Below, one piece after another: positions 26,609-38,619 of a DNA stretch of 64,000 bases; position 1 is the stretch's first letter, and every line of letters begins with the position of its first letter. Both the position numbers and the translations under genes were made by a program. Location of the stretch: positions 15,613-79,612 of the forward strand of contig JARYME010000001.1 in the NCBI GenBank assembly GCA_029907315.1. The letters are read 5' to 3'. The notes beneath the pieces are model-generated. The model searched no databases. It was given only the letters and a program-made list of their open reading frames with translations, and was not told the origin of the DNA. The DNA comes from Armatimonadota bacterium (GTDB lineage Bacteria > Armatimonadota > UBA5829).

Positions 26609-27775
26609 ATGCGGAACAGTGTGTTCGTGCTTGTATTGACGGCCATTGTGGCTGCTGCGCTTGGTTCAAGCGCTTTTGCCCAGGCTAAATCACCGGCTAA
26701 GCCATCTTCTGCGGCGGTGTCGGCGAAGGCCGACGCAAAATTCGACCAGCAGAAGGTGCTCGCGGAGCTTTGGAAGGCCCCCGACAGCACCGTAGTGGGG
26801 ACTGTCAACGGGGTTAAAGTTACAAAGGGCGAGCTCCTCAAAACGCTTTGGTTCTGGCAGGCACCGTCCACCCTGCAAGACATCTTGAATCAGAAAATGA
26901 TTGAGCAAGCGGCCAAGAATGCGGGGGTTACTCTTAGTTGGCAGGAACTGCAGGAGAAAATTAATGAATCCGTGAAGCGGATGGGAATGTCCAGCGTGGA
27001 CGAGCTTCTGAACCAGTTTCGCATCACGCGAGATCGCTTCTTGGCAGGCACGAAGATGTCCGCGCTTGCTGAGAAGACAGTACAGAAGCAGGTGAAAATC
27101 TCCGATGCTGAGTATGCCGAGTGGATAAAAGCAAGGCATATTCTAGTCAGATTCCCGGCTGAAGAGAAAGACCAAGCCAAAAAAGAAGAGATAGCAAAGA
27201 AGAAAGCAGACGAGATCTACCAAAGGATCAAGAACGGCGAGGACTTCGCCAAGCTCGCGGACGAGTATTCCGAGGACCCGAGCAATACAGACCCTAAGAC
27301 CGGTAAGAAAAAGGGCGGCGATCTGGGTTGGTTCAGCCGTGGCCGCATGGTTCAAGAGTTTGAAAAGGCAGCTTTCGAACTCAAAGCTGGGGAAGTAAGC
27401 GAGCCGGTCAAAACGTTCTACGGGTACCACATAATTAAAGTGGACAAGTTGGGTAGGGATGCCACGCCGGAGGAAAAAGCGGAACTCAACAAGCTCATAC
27501 TCGAGCGCAAGCTTCCAATGGAGATGGGCAAGTGGTTCCAAGACTTACAGGCAAAGAGCAAGATCGAGAACAAGTTGATGCCGCCTCAGAAGCCTACTGC
27601 GGCTACACAGCCTTCAAAGCCTGCTCCGGCGCCGAAGACACAGACGCCAAAGACGCAAGCTCCTAAGACGGAAGCTCCGAAGTCTGCTCCGACTCAACCT
27701 GCGAAGACGGACAAGGCGGCAGAGCCGCCGGCGAGTGAGAAGCCAGAGACTCCTCCTCCGCCTCCTGCGCCGTAG
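26609..27775 (+). CDS. Secreted parvulin-type peptidyl-prolyl cis-trans isomerase (PrsA/SurA-like) with C-terminal Pro/Lys/Thr-rich low-complexity tail
   Basis: A signal peptide, a PpiC domain (ARHILV ... [20 protein letters not shown] ... GYHIIKV) and a tail of PKTQ(A/T)PK-type repeats. A GGAG RBS precedes the start. Confidence 0.75.
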   Translation: MRNSVFVLVLTAIVAAALGSSAFAQAKSPAKPSSAAVSAKADAKFDQQKVLAELWKAPDSTVVGTVNGVKVTKGELLKTLWFWQAPSTLQDILNQKMIEQAAKNAGVTLSWQELQEKINESVKRMGMSSVDELLNQFRITRDRFLAGTKMSALAEKTVQKQVKISDAEYAEWIKARHILVRFPAEEKDQAKKEEIAKKKADEIYQRIKNGEDFAKLADEYSEDPSNTDPKTGKKKGGDLGWFSRGRMVQEFEKAAFELKAGEVSEPVKTFYGYHIIKVDKLGRDATPEEKAELNKLILERKLPMEMGKWFQDLQAKSKIENKLMPPQKPTAATQPSKPAPAPKTQTPKTQAPKTEAPKSAPTQPAKTDKAAEPPASEKPETPPPPPAP

Positions 27776-27796
27776 CCTTGTCAGTGTAAGATGATG

Positions 27797-27838
27797 AAAG
27801 CCGCGAGCTTATAGTTCCGCTCGCGGCTTTTTTCTTTG
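27797..27838. terminator. Rho-independent terminator between convergent ppiC-like gene and cheB
   Basis: GCCGCGAGC (27800-27808), a 10-nt loop, GCUCGCGGC (27819-27827), then UUUUUUCUUU. An A-tract on the 5' side allows bidirectional function. Confidence 0.7.
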
Positions 27839-27905
27839 TTCTAACAGGCGATAAGGTTTTCTCGAACTGAGGCGACGAAGAGTGCAGTTGATAGTTGGCT
27901 TGCTT

Positions 27906-29419
<1,514 letters not shown>

Positions 29420-29830
29420 CGGTCCTAACTCCTGTCATTCTGATCACTGCCTCGCGCAGTACTTCAGGCGCGAATGGCTTGTGGACAAATTCTACGCCTT
29501 TCGCCCAGAGTTCGTTTATTGTAGTCTCGCTGCTCTCAGTCGATACCACAAGTATTGGCAGTTCCGCCGTATCCTCGCTTTTCCGTACGGCCTCAATCAT
29601 CTCGATACCATTCATTTCAGGCATGTTGATGTCAACTAGTGCTATGTCGATCCAATGATCTTTGAGCACATCTAGGCCTTCTCGGCCGTTGGATGCCTGG
29701 TAAATGTGACCTATGGGCAGACCGCTGATTCTTAAAGTCTTTACTATGATCGAGCGCATCACGGAGCTGTCGTCTACAACAAGCACATTCACTGACATAG
29801 TTCCTCTCCAGACCGCAGCAACGAGTGTAG

Positions 29831-30319
29831 TCACAAGATTTTCTCTAGGCCGTTAGTTCTGACAACTACTGTTCCAGTGGCTATGCTGAGCGACATGGTT
29901 CTCGATTGGTGACCGCCCACATCGCACGCCGTAATCATGATGTTGTTTTTCCAAAGCAGCTTTCTTAGCATTATTACGTTTCGCTTCCCAATCTGAAAGA
30001 AATCATCTTCCGAGTCTGTTTTGATGCTGGCTCCTCCTGCTACCTTAACTTGTATATTGTGCTTTATTGCTCCTAGGGCGTAACAGGCTCTAAACAGCAA
30101 CGGTACACCCGTGTCTACAAACATCAAAGGTTTTTCCTTGGCTTTGTGAGGATCTACAGCGGACTCTGGGAGCATAGTGTGAAGTAGTCCACCTACCTGG
30201 GTGAGTGGATCATACACAGCTATGCCTAGGCAACTGCCCAGTGCGTAGGTGATAATCGTGTCATCCGTGTTATCGGAGACAAACATATCTGCGACGCCTA
30301 CGATTCGTTTCATTGGCAA
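29831..30319 (-). CDS. cheD: Chemoreceptor glutamine deamidase CheD
   Basis: ITYALGSCLGIAVYDP ... GGLLHTMLP are CheD hallmark motifs; 162 aa. Confidence 0.8.
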   Translation of the reverse strand: MPMKRIVGVADMFVSDNTDDTIITYALGSCLGIAVYDPLTQVGGLLHTMLPESAVDPHKAKEKPLMFVDTGVPLLFRACYALGAIKHNIQVKVAGGASIKTDSEDDFFQIGKRNVIMLRKLLWKNNIMITACDVGGHQSRTMSLSIATGTVVVRTNGLEKIL

Positions 30320-30347
30320 CTCTCTACACCAAACGCTTCATGCATTT

Positions 30348-31289
30348 TTACGGTTTCCGGTAGATACCTGGCCTGACATAATCCAAAATTCTGGTCGACA
30401 CTGACAATCCTTCAGAATGTCCCACGATTAGATATCCCCCTGTGGACAGATAATCGCAGAACCGACTTACCAAAGTTTGACGCGTGGCTTTGTCAAAGTA
30501 AATCATCACGTTTCGGCAAAAGATAACGTCAAAGGGTCCTTTCATGGGCCACTCGTCCAACAGATTTAGTCTGGCGAAACGGACGAGCTCGCGAACATCC
30601 TTAGAAACGGACCAGACCGTCCCGTTTTCTCTTCGAACTTCAACAAAGTATCGCTTTGCAATAGACTCAGGAACGCCTTCCATTTTGTCTTGAGTGTATT
30701 CGGCTTTACGGGCATATGCGAGGACGCGATTGGAAATGTCCGTGGCTAGAATCTTGACATCCAAAAGGTCTACGTTTGAAAGGTTTTCCCGCAAAGTTAT
30801 TGCAAGACTGTAGGGTTCTTCGCCAGTAGAGCAGCCTGCACTCCAAAACCGCATTTTTGTAGAGCGTGTTCGCAGGGCCGGGACTATCGTTTCTGCTACA
30901 AAGTCGAAGTGATCGGGTTCACGAAAGAAAGAAGTTTTGTTGGTCGTAATGACATCTATAAGCTCACGAAGCTCTTGTCCCGTGCGATCTTCCTTCAAAT
31001 ATGCGACATAGTCCTTAACATTGTTCAGACCCAATACTCTTATTCGCTTTGCCAGTCGAGCCTTCACCAGTTCTTGCTTACCTTTGCCTAGGACAATGCC
31101 AGCCTTCTCGTGGACTATCCTGCTTATAAACGCGTGAGAGTTCTCATCGAGTTCTACGCTAGGGATAGGTAGCGGTTGGGCAGGCATCGTTGTTCTCACC
31201 TTTCCTGATGAGATTTGCACTCGTACTTTCAGCTTGCGGCTTGGGTGGTTGTGTCCATCTGCGATCGACCTTAGGTTGGATCGGGGCAC
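30348..31289 (-). CDS. cheR: Chemotaxis protein methyltransferase CheR
   Basis: N-terminal CheR helical domain (TSFFREPDHFDF) and a SAM-MTase domain (IWSAGCSTGEEPYSLAI). The true start may be an internal M, which would give about 280 aa. Confidence 0.8.
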   Translation of the reverse strand: MPRSNLRSIADGHNHPSRKLKVRVQISSGKVRTTMPAQPLPIPSVELDENSHAFISRIVHEKAGIVLGKGKQELVKARLAKRIRVLGLNNVKDYVAYLKEDRTGQELRELIDVITTNKTSFFREPDHFDFVAETIVPALRTRSTKMRFWSAGCSTGEEPYSLAITLRENLSNVDLLDVKILATDISNRVLAYARKAEYTQDKMEGVPESIAKRYFVEVRRENGTVWSVSKDVRELVRFARLNLLDEWPMKGPFDVIFCRNVMIYFDKATRQTLVSRFCDYLSTGGYLIVGHSEGLSVSTRILDYVRPGIYRKP

Positions 31290-31347
31290 CGGTGCCCCGA
31301 TCCGTATACCGTCCCCGCAGAAACGCTTAGCGCTGTACTCAAACCGA

Positions 31348-33162
31348 TCAGAATTCCGCTAATGCTGCCGCGTCGTCGTCCAGCGGGATGACCGTTGATG
31401 GGTCGGAACCGTGGGGTTTCTTACCAGTGCTCACCCCAACCTTTTCTTTTTCTTTCTTAGGTTTCGCCGGCTGAGCTTTGTCTGTGCTGTGCAAGCTCGC
31501 CTTCGTTGTGGCGTGGTGAGCACCGGCGACTAATTTCGATTGGCCGTCGTTACCGTTGTTATCGACCTTGAAGTTTCGCACGATGCTTCTGAGCTCTTCA
31601 GCTTGACTGCTAAGCTCTTGCGCTGCGCTTGCCATCTCTTCGGATGTTGCTGCGTTCTGCTGAGTCACCTGCTCGAGTTGGCTGACAGCCTGGTTGATCT
31701 CTTCAACGCCTTGGGCTTGCTGTCTCGAAGCTGCAGCGATTTCTGCCACAACTTCATTAACCTTCGTTATCTGGTTGTAGATCTCGTTCAGGTTGTTCGT
31801 GACGTCTTGGTTGACAATCACGCCCTCCTCTGAGTTTTTGACTGATCCAGCGATGAGCTCGGCGGTTTGTTTTGCGGCTTCCGCGCTTCTCATAGCAAGG
31901 TTGCGCACCTCTTCGGCGACCACAGCGAAGCCTTTGCCTGCGTCCCCAGCTCTAGCAGCCTCTACCGCAGCATTAAGAGCGAGCAGGTTAGTTTGGAACG
32001 CGATTTCGTCGATCGTCTTTACTATGTTTGCTTGTTGGTCTGATGATGCCTTGATCTTATTGATGGTTTCCGACATCCGCTCCATGCTCTTTAGACCGGA
32101 TTGTGCCACTTCCAAGGCCGCATCAGCCAGCTTCTTCGCTTCCTCGGTGCTGCCAGCGTTCTGCTTCGTCATTGATGCTATCTCCTGAATACTGCTGGCT
32201 AGTTGTTCGAGCGAGCTCGTCTGCTCAGACGCGCCCTGGGCTACGGCTTGACTGGATGCGGCGATTTGGTCCGACGCCGATGCTACTTGTTCGGAAGACA
32301 CTGTAACATCTTGTATGGCTTTCTGTAAGTTGTCCGTCGCGAGATTCACAAAATCCTTGATCTTTGCATGGTCACCTTTGTAATCACCCATTACTCTAGC
32401 TGTCAAGTCACGTGCGGAGACCTTTTGCAAAGTGGCAGTTGCTTCATCGATCGGTTTCATAATCTCGTCGAACAGTTCATTTATGCCAGCAAGTAGCACT
32501 TTGTAACCACCCTCGTACTTGCTGACATCGGCACGCACGGAGAGCTGGCCCTCCTTTGCGGCTTCGATGAGCGTTCGGCCGTCGGTGATCAGATCTCGCA
32601 CTACATTGACCAAACGCATGATGGATCGCGAAATTTCGTCTTTGTCTGATCTTGGCTTGATGTCAAGCTCGGTGTTGCCACGGCTGATTTGCTCGACACC
32701 GTCAGTGAGTGCTGACATCAGCTCAGCGGTCTGACGAACACCTTCTGCTAAGGCCCCTATCTCGTTTCGAGAACTGTACTCGACGTGAACATTGGGGTTG
32801 CCCAGAGCTATGTCTTTTGCAGCGGCAGTTAGGTCCGCTAGCGGTCGGGTGATTGAGAGGGATACCCAGTAAGCGAAGACCAGACCGGCGATTGCCGCAA
32901 AGACGCAGAACAACAGCATCTGATTGCGGACGCGCTGTGCCAAAGCCGTTGCATCTTTAGACGTGGTTGGGCGATGGACTTCTTGTATCGTGCTGCCGGC
33001 TTTCGCCCTTGTTTCGATCGCGGTCTGTGAGGAAACTCCTGATATTTCGTTTCCAAGACGAGATGTTACCCACAGCGCTTGACATACGAAGATCAACACG
33101 ACGGCCGCAGCCACTATTTGGATTTTCTTTGAGATGGACATGTCCTTCCACAACGTAGCCAT
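31348..33162 (-). CDS. mcp: Methyl-accepting chemotaxis protein with N-terminal TM segment and HAMP domain(s)
   Basis: A C-terminal MCP signalling domain with a highly conserved hairpin ([29 protein letters not shown]); 604 aa. Confidence 0.85.
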   Translation of the reverse strand: MATLWKDMSISKKIQIVAAAVVLIFVCQALWVTSRLGNEISGVSSQTAIETRAKAGSTIQEVHRPTTSKDATALAQRVRNQMLLFCVFAAIAGLVFAYWVSLSITRPLADLTAAAKDIALGNPNVHVEYSSRNEIGALAEGVRQTAELMSALTDGVEQISRGNTELDIKPRSDKDEISRSIMRLVNVVRDLITDGRTLIEAAKEGQLSVRADVSKYEGGYKVLLAGINELFDEIMKPIDEATATLQKVSARDLTARVMGDYKGDHAKIKDFVNLATDNLQKAIQDVTVSSEQVASASDQIAASSQAVAQGASEQTSSLEQLASSIQEIASMTKQNAGSTEEAKKLADAALEVAQSGLKSMERMSETINKIKASSDQQANIVKTIDEIAFQTNLLALNAAVEAARAGDAGKGFAVVAEEVRNLAMRSAEAAKQTAELIAGSVKNSEEGVIVNQDVTNNLNEIYNQITKVNEVVAEIAAASRQQAQGVEEINQAVSQLEQVTQQNAATSEEMASAAQELSSQAEELRSIVRNFKVDNNGNDGQSKLVAGAHHATTKASLHSTDKAQPAKPKKEKEKVGVSTGKKPHGSDPSTVIPLDDDAAALAEF

Positions 33163-33351
33163 CTGTATCGCACCTCCAGATCATCTGAATCTGCTATTTT
33201 CGTTTGGAGCTGCTCGGTTGTCCCGCCACATAAATGTGCTTGTCTGCACCAAGCCAGCCTTGAGTTTGTCACCACCTTCCTAGTCCATAGGGATTCACCT
33301 CCTTGATCTTCTCGGATTTCATGTTGAACGCATGACCGTTATCTGTAATCT

Positions 33352-33966
33352 TCAAGCAGCCTGTCCTAGACCTTGCGTCGCTGCGTCTTCATTTTCTTGA
33401 AAACCAGTTCCCGCGGAGGCTTGCTCACGTTGCTCCTCGGCAGCACTGGCGATCGATGCATAGCTGAGGCCGTTCATCTCAAGGGCCTTGTCGATATCAA
33501 GAAGAAGCTTTACCTTCCCTTCTGATTTACCAATTCCGAGAATGTACTGTGAACTGGTACCTTCGCCGAGCGACGGTGGATCTTCTATGTCTTCATCTGG
33601 GATATCAAGTACTTCCGATACTCTGTCTACGATAATGGCCAATTGGCCGTAGCTTGGACCTTGCACAACTATCATGCAGGTCTCATCTGTCTGGTCTTGA
33701 GCCTCCATTTCCAGTTTGAGTCTGAGGTCTACGACGGGAATAATCTTGCCTCTTAGGTTGATCACCCCTTTTACAAACTTTGGAGCCCGTGGTACAAACG
33801 TTATGGGCAACATGCCAATTATTTCTTGCACTTTCAAGATTTCTAAGCCATATTCTTCCCCTCCAAGGAAGAACGTCACGTATTTGCCGCCCTTTTTTGT
33901 TGTTCTTTGCGTCGTAGGCTGATCCATTGTGCTAGCTGTGGCTGGCTTCATCATCCCATCTGACAT
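33352..33966 (-). CDS. cheW: Chemotaxis coupling protein CheW
   Basis: YVTFFLGGEEYGLEILKVQEIIGM ... GVINLRGKIIPVVDLR are CheW domain motifs. Confidence 0.8.
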   Translation of the reverse strand: MSDGMMKPATASTMDQPTTQRTTKKGGKYVTFFLGGEEYGLEILKVQEIIGMLPITFVPRAPKFVKGVINLRGKIIPVVDLRLKLEMEAQDQTDETCMIVVQGPSYGQLAIIVDRVSEVLDIPDEDIEDPPSLGEGTSSQYILGIGKSEGKVKLLLDIDKALEMNGLSYASIASAAEEQREQASAGTGFQENEDAATQGLGQAA

Positions 33967-34058
33967 TCCTGCAACCTCCTGTGAATAGAGTGATCTGTTA
34001 GGAAACTCTCTCTTTCAATCACCTCCCCTGTCGCTTAGTGTAGTGCTTGCTTTTTCGG

Positions 34059-36650
34059 TTAAGCTGCGTTTTCTACTGTGGTTTGCAACTCAAGCCGGCT
34101 ATACTGCATCTGCTTTGCAGCAACAGCGATTTCCTGGGGGTCCAGAATCAGACCAACTCGTCCGTCGCCCAAAATTGCACCGCCTGAGATGCCTTTTATG
34201 TGTCGTATGCCATAACCCAGGGATTTCGCCACAACACTTTGTTGACCAAGTATCTCATCGACCAACAACGCGTAGCCTCGATCACCGTCGTCGACAACTA
34301 TCAACAATCCCTGAGTCGGATCCTCAATCGCACCCGTTATTTCGAACAGTTCGTACAGTCTGAACATCGGTATGGACTTCCCTTGCACCAACACCATTTC
34401 TCCCTTGCCGGCCACTGTGGTTATGGCTTGCGCGTTAGGTCGAAAGCTTAGACGAATGTTGACTGTTGGCATTATGAATTGCTCTGGGCCGACTTTGACG
34501 AGCATTCCTTCCGTGACGGCCATAGTCAGCGGCAGCCGCAGCACGAAGGTAGTTCCCTCGCCAAGCTGCGATGATACTTCTATACGGCCGTGCATTGCTT
34601 CGATATTGCGCTTGACAACATCCAAGCCTACTCCTCGGCCGGAAACATCCGTCACCTTGTCTGCGGTGGAAAAGCCGGGCTCAAAAATCAAACTGAACAC
34701 GTCGGCGTCTGCAAGGTTTTTGTCCGCGGAAACCAAACCCTTGGCGATTGCTTTTTCGAGTATTTTCTCCCGGTTTAAGCCCTTGCCATCATCCTGCATC
34801 TCGATAACTACGTTTCCGCTAGCGTGATATGCCGCCAGGCGCACAGTTCCTTTCCTGGGTTTGCCGTTGGCAGCTCGAACGTCCGGAGGCTCTATGCCGT
34901 GGTCTACAGCATTACGCACCATGTGAATCAGAGGATCGTTTATCAGCTCGACCATGTAGCGGTCCAGTTCCGTATCCTCGCCTTCTGTAATGAAATCGAC
35001 AAGCTTTCCGCTTTTGTGCGCTAGATCTCGGACTACCCGCGCCATTTTTTGAAACGTAGATTTGAGCGGCACCATTCGCATAGACATGCTCTGCTGCTGC
35101 AGGTCCCGAACGATCTTGCCCAGATGGGCGACCTTCTTGGAGAGCTCATGGTGTCTGCCGAGGACCACTGTTTCATCCTGGGCGACCATGGAGTGAGCGA
35201 TAACGATTTCGCCGACCGTGTCGATGAGTTTGTCCAATCGGTCTGTGCGGACGCGTATGAAAGATTCCTTTGTTTGAGCATCGGGAGAAAGTTGCTTCTG
35301 AGTGCGTATGGCTTTGGCGACATCCGCAACGGAGGCCACCTGGCGTTTGATTAGTGCTTCGCCGATTGGTAGGCTTCCTTTTTCTGCTGCTGCAGCTTCT
35401 ACTTCCTCGCGAGTAGCAGCACCTTCCGCTACGATAAGGTCGCCGACTCTGGGCGGCGTAACCTCGCCGATAGAATCAGCCAACGCGCCTGCCGAATCGG
35501 GGTCGGCGAGAAGTCTGCACAGCTCGGCGTAACCCTCCGGCAACTGCGCTTCCTGACCAGATAACGCTGCTTGTACACCCTGTATAAGTGCCTTGAGCAT
35601 GTCGGCGGCACGAAGTGTGAGGTCGGCAAATACACCGCCGTATTGAATTTCTCCGTCACGGACGCGGCTGAGTAGGTTTTCCGCCTTGTGAGCCAGTTCG
35701 GATACTGCATTCAGTCCCAGAAATGCAGACGTACCCTTTATCGTGTGAAACGCGCGGAATACCTTGTTTACCGCTTCAGCGTCGCTTGGATCTGTTTCCA
35801 GTGCTAGGAGACCTGCCTCAGCTTCTTCGATGTATTCGCTGCATTCGGTTACGAAGTCCGCTACTAGGGAAGCATCAAAGTCTTCCGGTAGCAGAGAAGA
35901 TTCTGCGGAAGATGATGCTTCTGTTTCCTGTGGGTTTGATTCCTCACCGGTTCCGCATTGCGGTTCCTGTGTATCTTCCGCGGCGATCGGACCCTCAACG
36001 CTTTGGTCCGCCTCAATCTCCATTGCTGCCTCTAGGATACCTGCTATCTCCGTCAGCAAGTCTTCCGATACGCCGGCGGACTGGGAAGCGTGGTCCAGCT
36101 TGTGAATCGCACTGGCAACAAGCTCACGTGCATTTGAAGAAAGCTCAACTTCGGAGAAAACCTTCTTTAGTGCCGCGGAAATGCGGCGAAGTTCGTCTTC
36201 GTCTTGCGGATCCGCCTGAACCAACAATGCTGCAACATCGTCCAGGCAATCGGCCTTTACATCACAGTCTTCTGAGTTTGGCGTCGGTTCGGTTACACTC
36301 TCCCCTTCGCTAGTCAGAATTTGCTGCAACGTCTGTGCTGTATCTAAAAGATTTGCTTCCACGTCGGCGTTTCCGGCGAGTAATTGCTCTGTGGAAGCCA
36401 GAATCTCTATCGTTTTGGAAAGAACGGTTCCGATGTCGGGGATTGATTCTTGATATATGGCCTGGAGCGCGTTGAGGCAAGCCTGAAGTGGTTCCGCCAA
36501 GGTGTTTAGTTCTTCGGGCAGCGATGCGACCAGCTTTTCTAGCGCTGCCCCTGCTTGTACTATTGCCGGCTTAATATCATCCTGCGCGCTGCTCAGGCAC
36601 GCGCGAGCAGTAGAGATTACAGCATTTACCTCTCTCTTATCCAACTCCAT
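34059..36650 (-). CDS. cheA: Chemotaxis histidine kinase CheA (with about 270-aa acidic N-terminal extension)
   Basis: Hpt P1 (HTIKGTSAFLGL), an H-box, ATPase N/G1/F/G2 boxes (DDGKGL, GRGVGLD, GEGTTF) and a CheW-like P5 domain. The ORF is open about 270 codons upstream of the Hpt domain. Confidence 0.85.
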   Translation of the reverse strand: MELDKREVNAVISTARACLSSAQDDIKPAIVQAGAALEKLVASLPEELNTLAEPLQACLNALQAIYQESIPDIGTVLSKTIEILASTEQLLAGNADVEANLLDTAQTLQQILTSEGESVTEPTPNSEDCDVKADCLDDVAALLVQADPQDEDELRRISAALKKVFSEVELSSNARELVASAIHKLDHASQSAGVSEDLLTEIAGILEAAMEIEADQSVEGPIAAEDTQEPQCGTGEESNPQETEASSSAESSLLPEDFDASLVADFVTECSEYIEEAEAGLLALETDPSDAEAVNKVFRAFHTIKGTSAFLGLNAVSELAHKAENLLSRVRDGEIQYGGVFADLTLRAADMLKALIQGVQAALSGQEAQLPEGYAELCRLLADPDSAGALADSIGEVTPPRVGDLIVAEGAATREEVEAAAAEKGSLPIGEALIKRQVASVADVAKAIRTQKQLSPDAQTKESFIRVRTDRLDKLIDTVGEIVIAHSMVAQDETVVLGRHHELSKKVAHLGKIVRDLQQQSMSMRMVPLKSTFQKMARVVRDLAHKSGKLVDFITEGEDTELDRYMVELINDPLIHMVRNAVDHGIEPPDVRAANGKPRKGTVRLAAYHASGNVVIEMQDDGKGLNREKILEKAIAKGLVSADKNLADADVFSLIFEPGFSTADKVTDVSGRGVGLDVVKRNIEAMHGRIEVSSQLGEGTTFVLRLPLTMAVTEGMLVKVGPEQFIMPTVNIRLSFRPNAQAITTVAGKGEMVLVQGKSIPMFRLYELFEITGAIEDPTQGLLIVVDDGDRGYALLVDEILGQQSVVAKSLGYGIRHIKGISGGAILGDGRVGLILDPQEIAVAAKQMQYSRLELQTTVENAA

Positions 36651-36693
36651 AGCTGCCTACCCGGTACTTCCAGAACGATTGTGAGTAATACAC

Positions 36694-37179
36694 TTACGAT
36701 TTTCCGATTGCCAACCCCACAACGATATCGCCGAACGAAGTCGTGTATCTTCTGCGTAGCGACTGCACGGCGCCTGGCTGCGTCAATTGCAGATTTGACG
36801 CGCGCGCCACGGACGGCAGGGACATTTGGACCTTGATTCCTAATTCATCAAGAGCTGCCACTACGTCTCCTGCCAACACGTTGGCCAATTCGCCAATTAC
36901 GTCGCACATATCCTCACTCTCATAGTCAAATTCACAGCCCGCGAATTGTTCGGCTATCTTAGTTGCGGACTCCGGGGAGAAGCCGACACTCAGCGACCAA
37001 GATACATCACCGACAACAGCAATTATGCCCACCACCCCGGAGTGATCAGAGCTTGCAGCGCCATCATCGCAGTACTGCGGTGATTCACCTAATATCATGC
37101 CGAAAGTTGACTCTACCGCTTTATCAAGGCAATCCGTAAGCGTGTGATCTGCGTCCAGTGAACGTGTCGCTCCGTCCAA
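36694..37179 (-). CDS. CheC/CheX-like chemotaxis phosphatase (second copy)
   Basis: 161 aa with a DVIGELANVLAGD motif (E..N signature). Confidence 0.5.
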   Translation of the reverse strand: MDGATRSLDADHTLTDCLDKAVESTFGMILGESPQYCDDGAASSDHSGVVGIIAVVGDVSWSLSVGFSPESATKIAEQFAGCEFDYESEDMCDVIGELANVLAGDVVAALDELGIKVQMSLPSVARASNLQLTQPGAVQSLRRRYTTSFGDIVVGLAIGKS

Positions 37180-37201
37180 CGTGACCCTCCTGCTTGCTGC
37201 T

Positions 37202-37699
37202 TCAGCGCATCAGTTTGGAGAAAAAACCTCCTCCTGATCGCGAAGCCTGGTTTTCTTCTATCTGCTTCATAAGGGGAGCCAGTTTGCGCTGTAGCGTTTC
37301 TGCTGTGAAAGGTTTACTTATATACGCGTTTGCTCCCGCATGATCGAGAGCCTCTTCGATCTTGCCAACTGTTTTTTCTGATGTCACCATGACCAGGGGT
37401 ATGTTCTTTGCCTGGTCCATTTTTCGCACTTTGCGCACGAAATCTATTCCGCTCATCTTCGGCATGTTCCAGTCGACAAACGCGATATCTATTTTTGAGG
37501 GATTAAACTTCTTGAGGGCATCTGCTCCGTCTTCGGCTTCGATAAACTCAAACTCGGCAAGTCCCGAGGCGCGGAGCTCTTTCATAACGATGTTGCGCAT
37601 GACGCGTGAGTCGTCGACGACCAGCGCTACTGCTTTCAACTGCGCACCTCCCTGAAAGAATTGCTCATACCTAAAAATCGGGATTGAGGCGCCATTCAT
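37202..37699 (-). CDS. cheY: CheY-like response regulator (first gene of che operon)
   Basis: VALVVDDSRVMRNIV ... FVDWNMPKMSGIDF ... PLVMVTSE are receiver motifs. Confidence 0.75.
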   Translation of the reverse strand: MNGASIPIFRYEQFFQGGAQLKAVALVVDDSRVMRNIVMKELRASGLAEFEFIEAEDGADALKKFNPSKIDIAFVDWNMPKMSGIDFVRKVRKMDQAKNIPLVMVTSEKTVGKIEEALDHAGANAYISKPFTAETLQRKLAPLMKQIEENQASRSGGGFFSKLMR

Positions 37700-37751
37700 T
37701 TAGAGTTTTCGGTGAAACTTATAAATACGATACTGGCTTGGAAGCCGCCTC

Positions 37752-37790
37752 GGTATCGCGGGAGATGCGGGTATCTTCCAGGTATCTTCA
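37752..37790. promoter_or_regulatory. Three GGTATC boxes (two as direct repeat GGTATCTTC) in che/crp divergent intergenic region
   Basis: GGTATC at 37752, 37770 and 37781, and GGTATCTTC(C/A) at 37770-37779 and 37781-37790. Confidence 0.3.
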
Positions 37791-37819
37791 TTGACTGCCG
37801 TTCGGCGCAAGGGTAGAAT
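37791..37819 (+). promoter_or_regulatory. Sigma70-like promoter for crp/fnr-family gene (TTGACT - 17 nt - TAGAAT)
   Basis: TTGACT at 37791-37796 and TAGAAT at 37814-37819. The ORF's first start codon (GTG 37827) is 8 nt downstream, which implies a near-leaderless transcript or a later start. Confidence 0.4.
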
Positions 37820-37826
37820 CTAATGC

Positions 37827-38561
37827 GTGGACAGACGACAACATGGCAGTCTAATTTCTGCTCTTCGACGGTGTGGTTTTCTTGCCTCTTTGAAGGAAGA
37901 TGATCTGACCTTCTTGCTGCCGTCGGCAAAACGCGTGTTTTATCCAAAGAACTCGATTGTTTTTCACGAGAACGAGCAGTGCCGCGGGTTTTACATTGTC
38001 GAAGAAGGCGCCGTGAAGGTGTATAAGGAGTCAGGCGACGCAAGACAGCACGTGCTGCACATTGCAGTACCCGGAGACTGCTTTGGTGAGGCCGCTCTGT
38101 TTCTGGATACTGGCTATCCGGCGTCCGCCGCAGCTGTGAAGGATTCATCGCTTGTGCTGCTGAGGAAGCAAGAATTCCTGGATGTGCTGAACCGAAATCC
38201 TGCAGTAGCTCTGGCGTTGATGGGTTCTATGGCGCTTTGGGCTCGCAGACTCGTAACGAGTATAGAACGGCTGACGCTTAAAGATGCCGGACAACGCCTT
38301 GCTGATTACTTGCTCTCAATGTGTTCTGGAAACAGCTCGCACTCACAAGTGGTACAGCTCGACGTTACAAAGCAGATGCTTGCGTCGCATCTTGGGATAG
38401 CCGGCGAAACGCTTTCTCGCTTGCTTGCAAGGTTTGAAGCTGAGGGCATCATTGAAGTTTCAGGGAGAGTGGTCAAACTGCTGTCAATCCCCCAATTGCG
38501 GAAGATTGCTGCCGGAATCGAAGAACCGGCGGAACAGCCTTTAAGCGGTACAGGTCTATGA
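37827..38561 (+). CDS. Crp/Fnr-family transcriptional regulator (cNMP-binding + HTH)
   Basis: A cNMP-binding beta-roll (IVFHENEQCRGFYIVEEGAVKVY) and a C-terminal HTH (QMLASHLGIAGETLSRLL). The start codon is uncertain, and 37827 is GTG. Confidence 0.75.
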   Translation: MDRRQHGSLISALRRCGFLASLKEDDLTFLLPSAKRVFYPKNSIVFHENEQCRGFYIVEEGAVKVYKESGDARQHVLHIAVPGDCFGEAALFLDTGYPASAAAVKDSSLVLLRKQEFLDVLNRNPAVALALMGSMALWARRLVTSIERLTLKDAGQRLADYLLSMCSGNSSHSQVVQLDVTKQMLASHLGIAGETLSRLLARFEAEGIIEVSGRVVKLLSIPQLRKIAAGIEEPAEQPLSGTGL

Positions 38562-38619
38562 ATTGGCTCTGGCTGCAAAACGTGTCAGAATGCAAGCACG
38601 TCGTCAATATTAATCCCCC

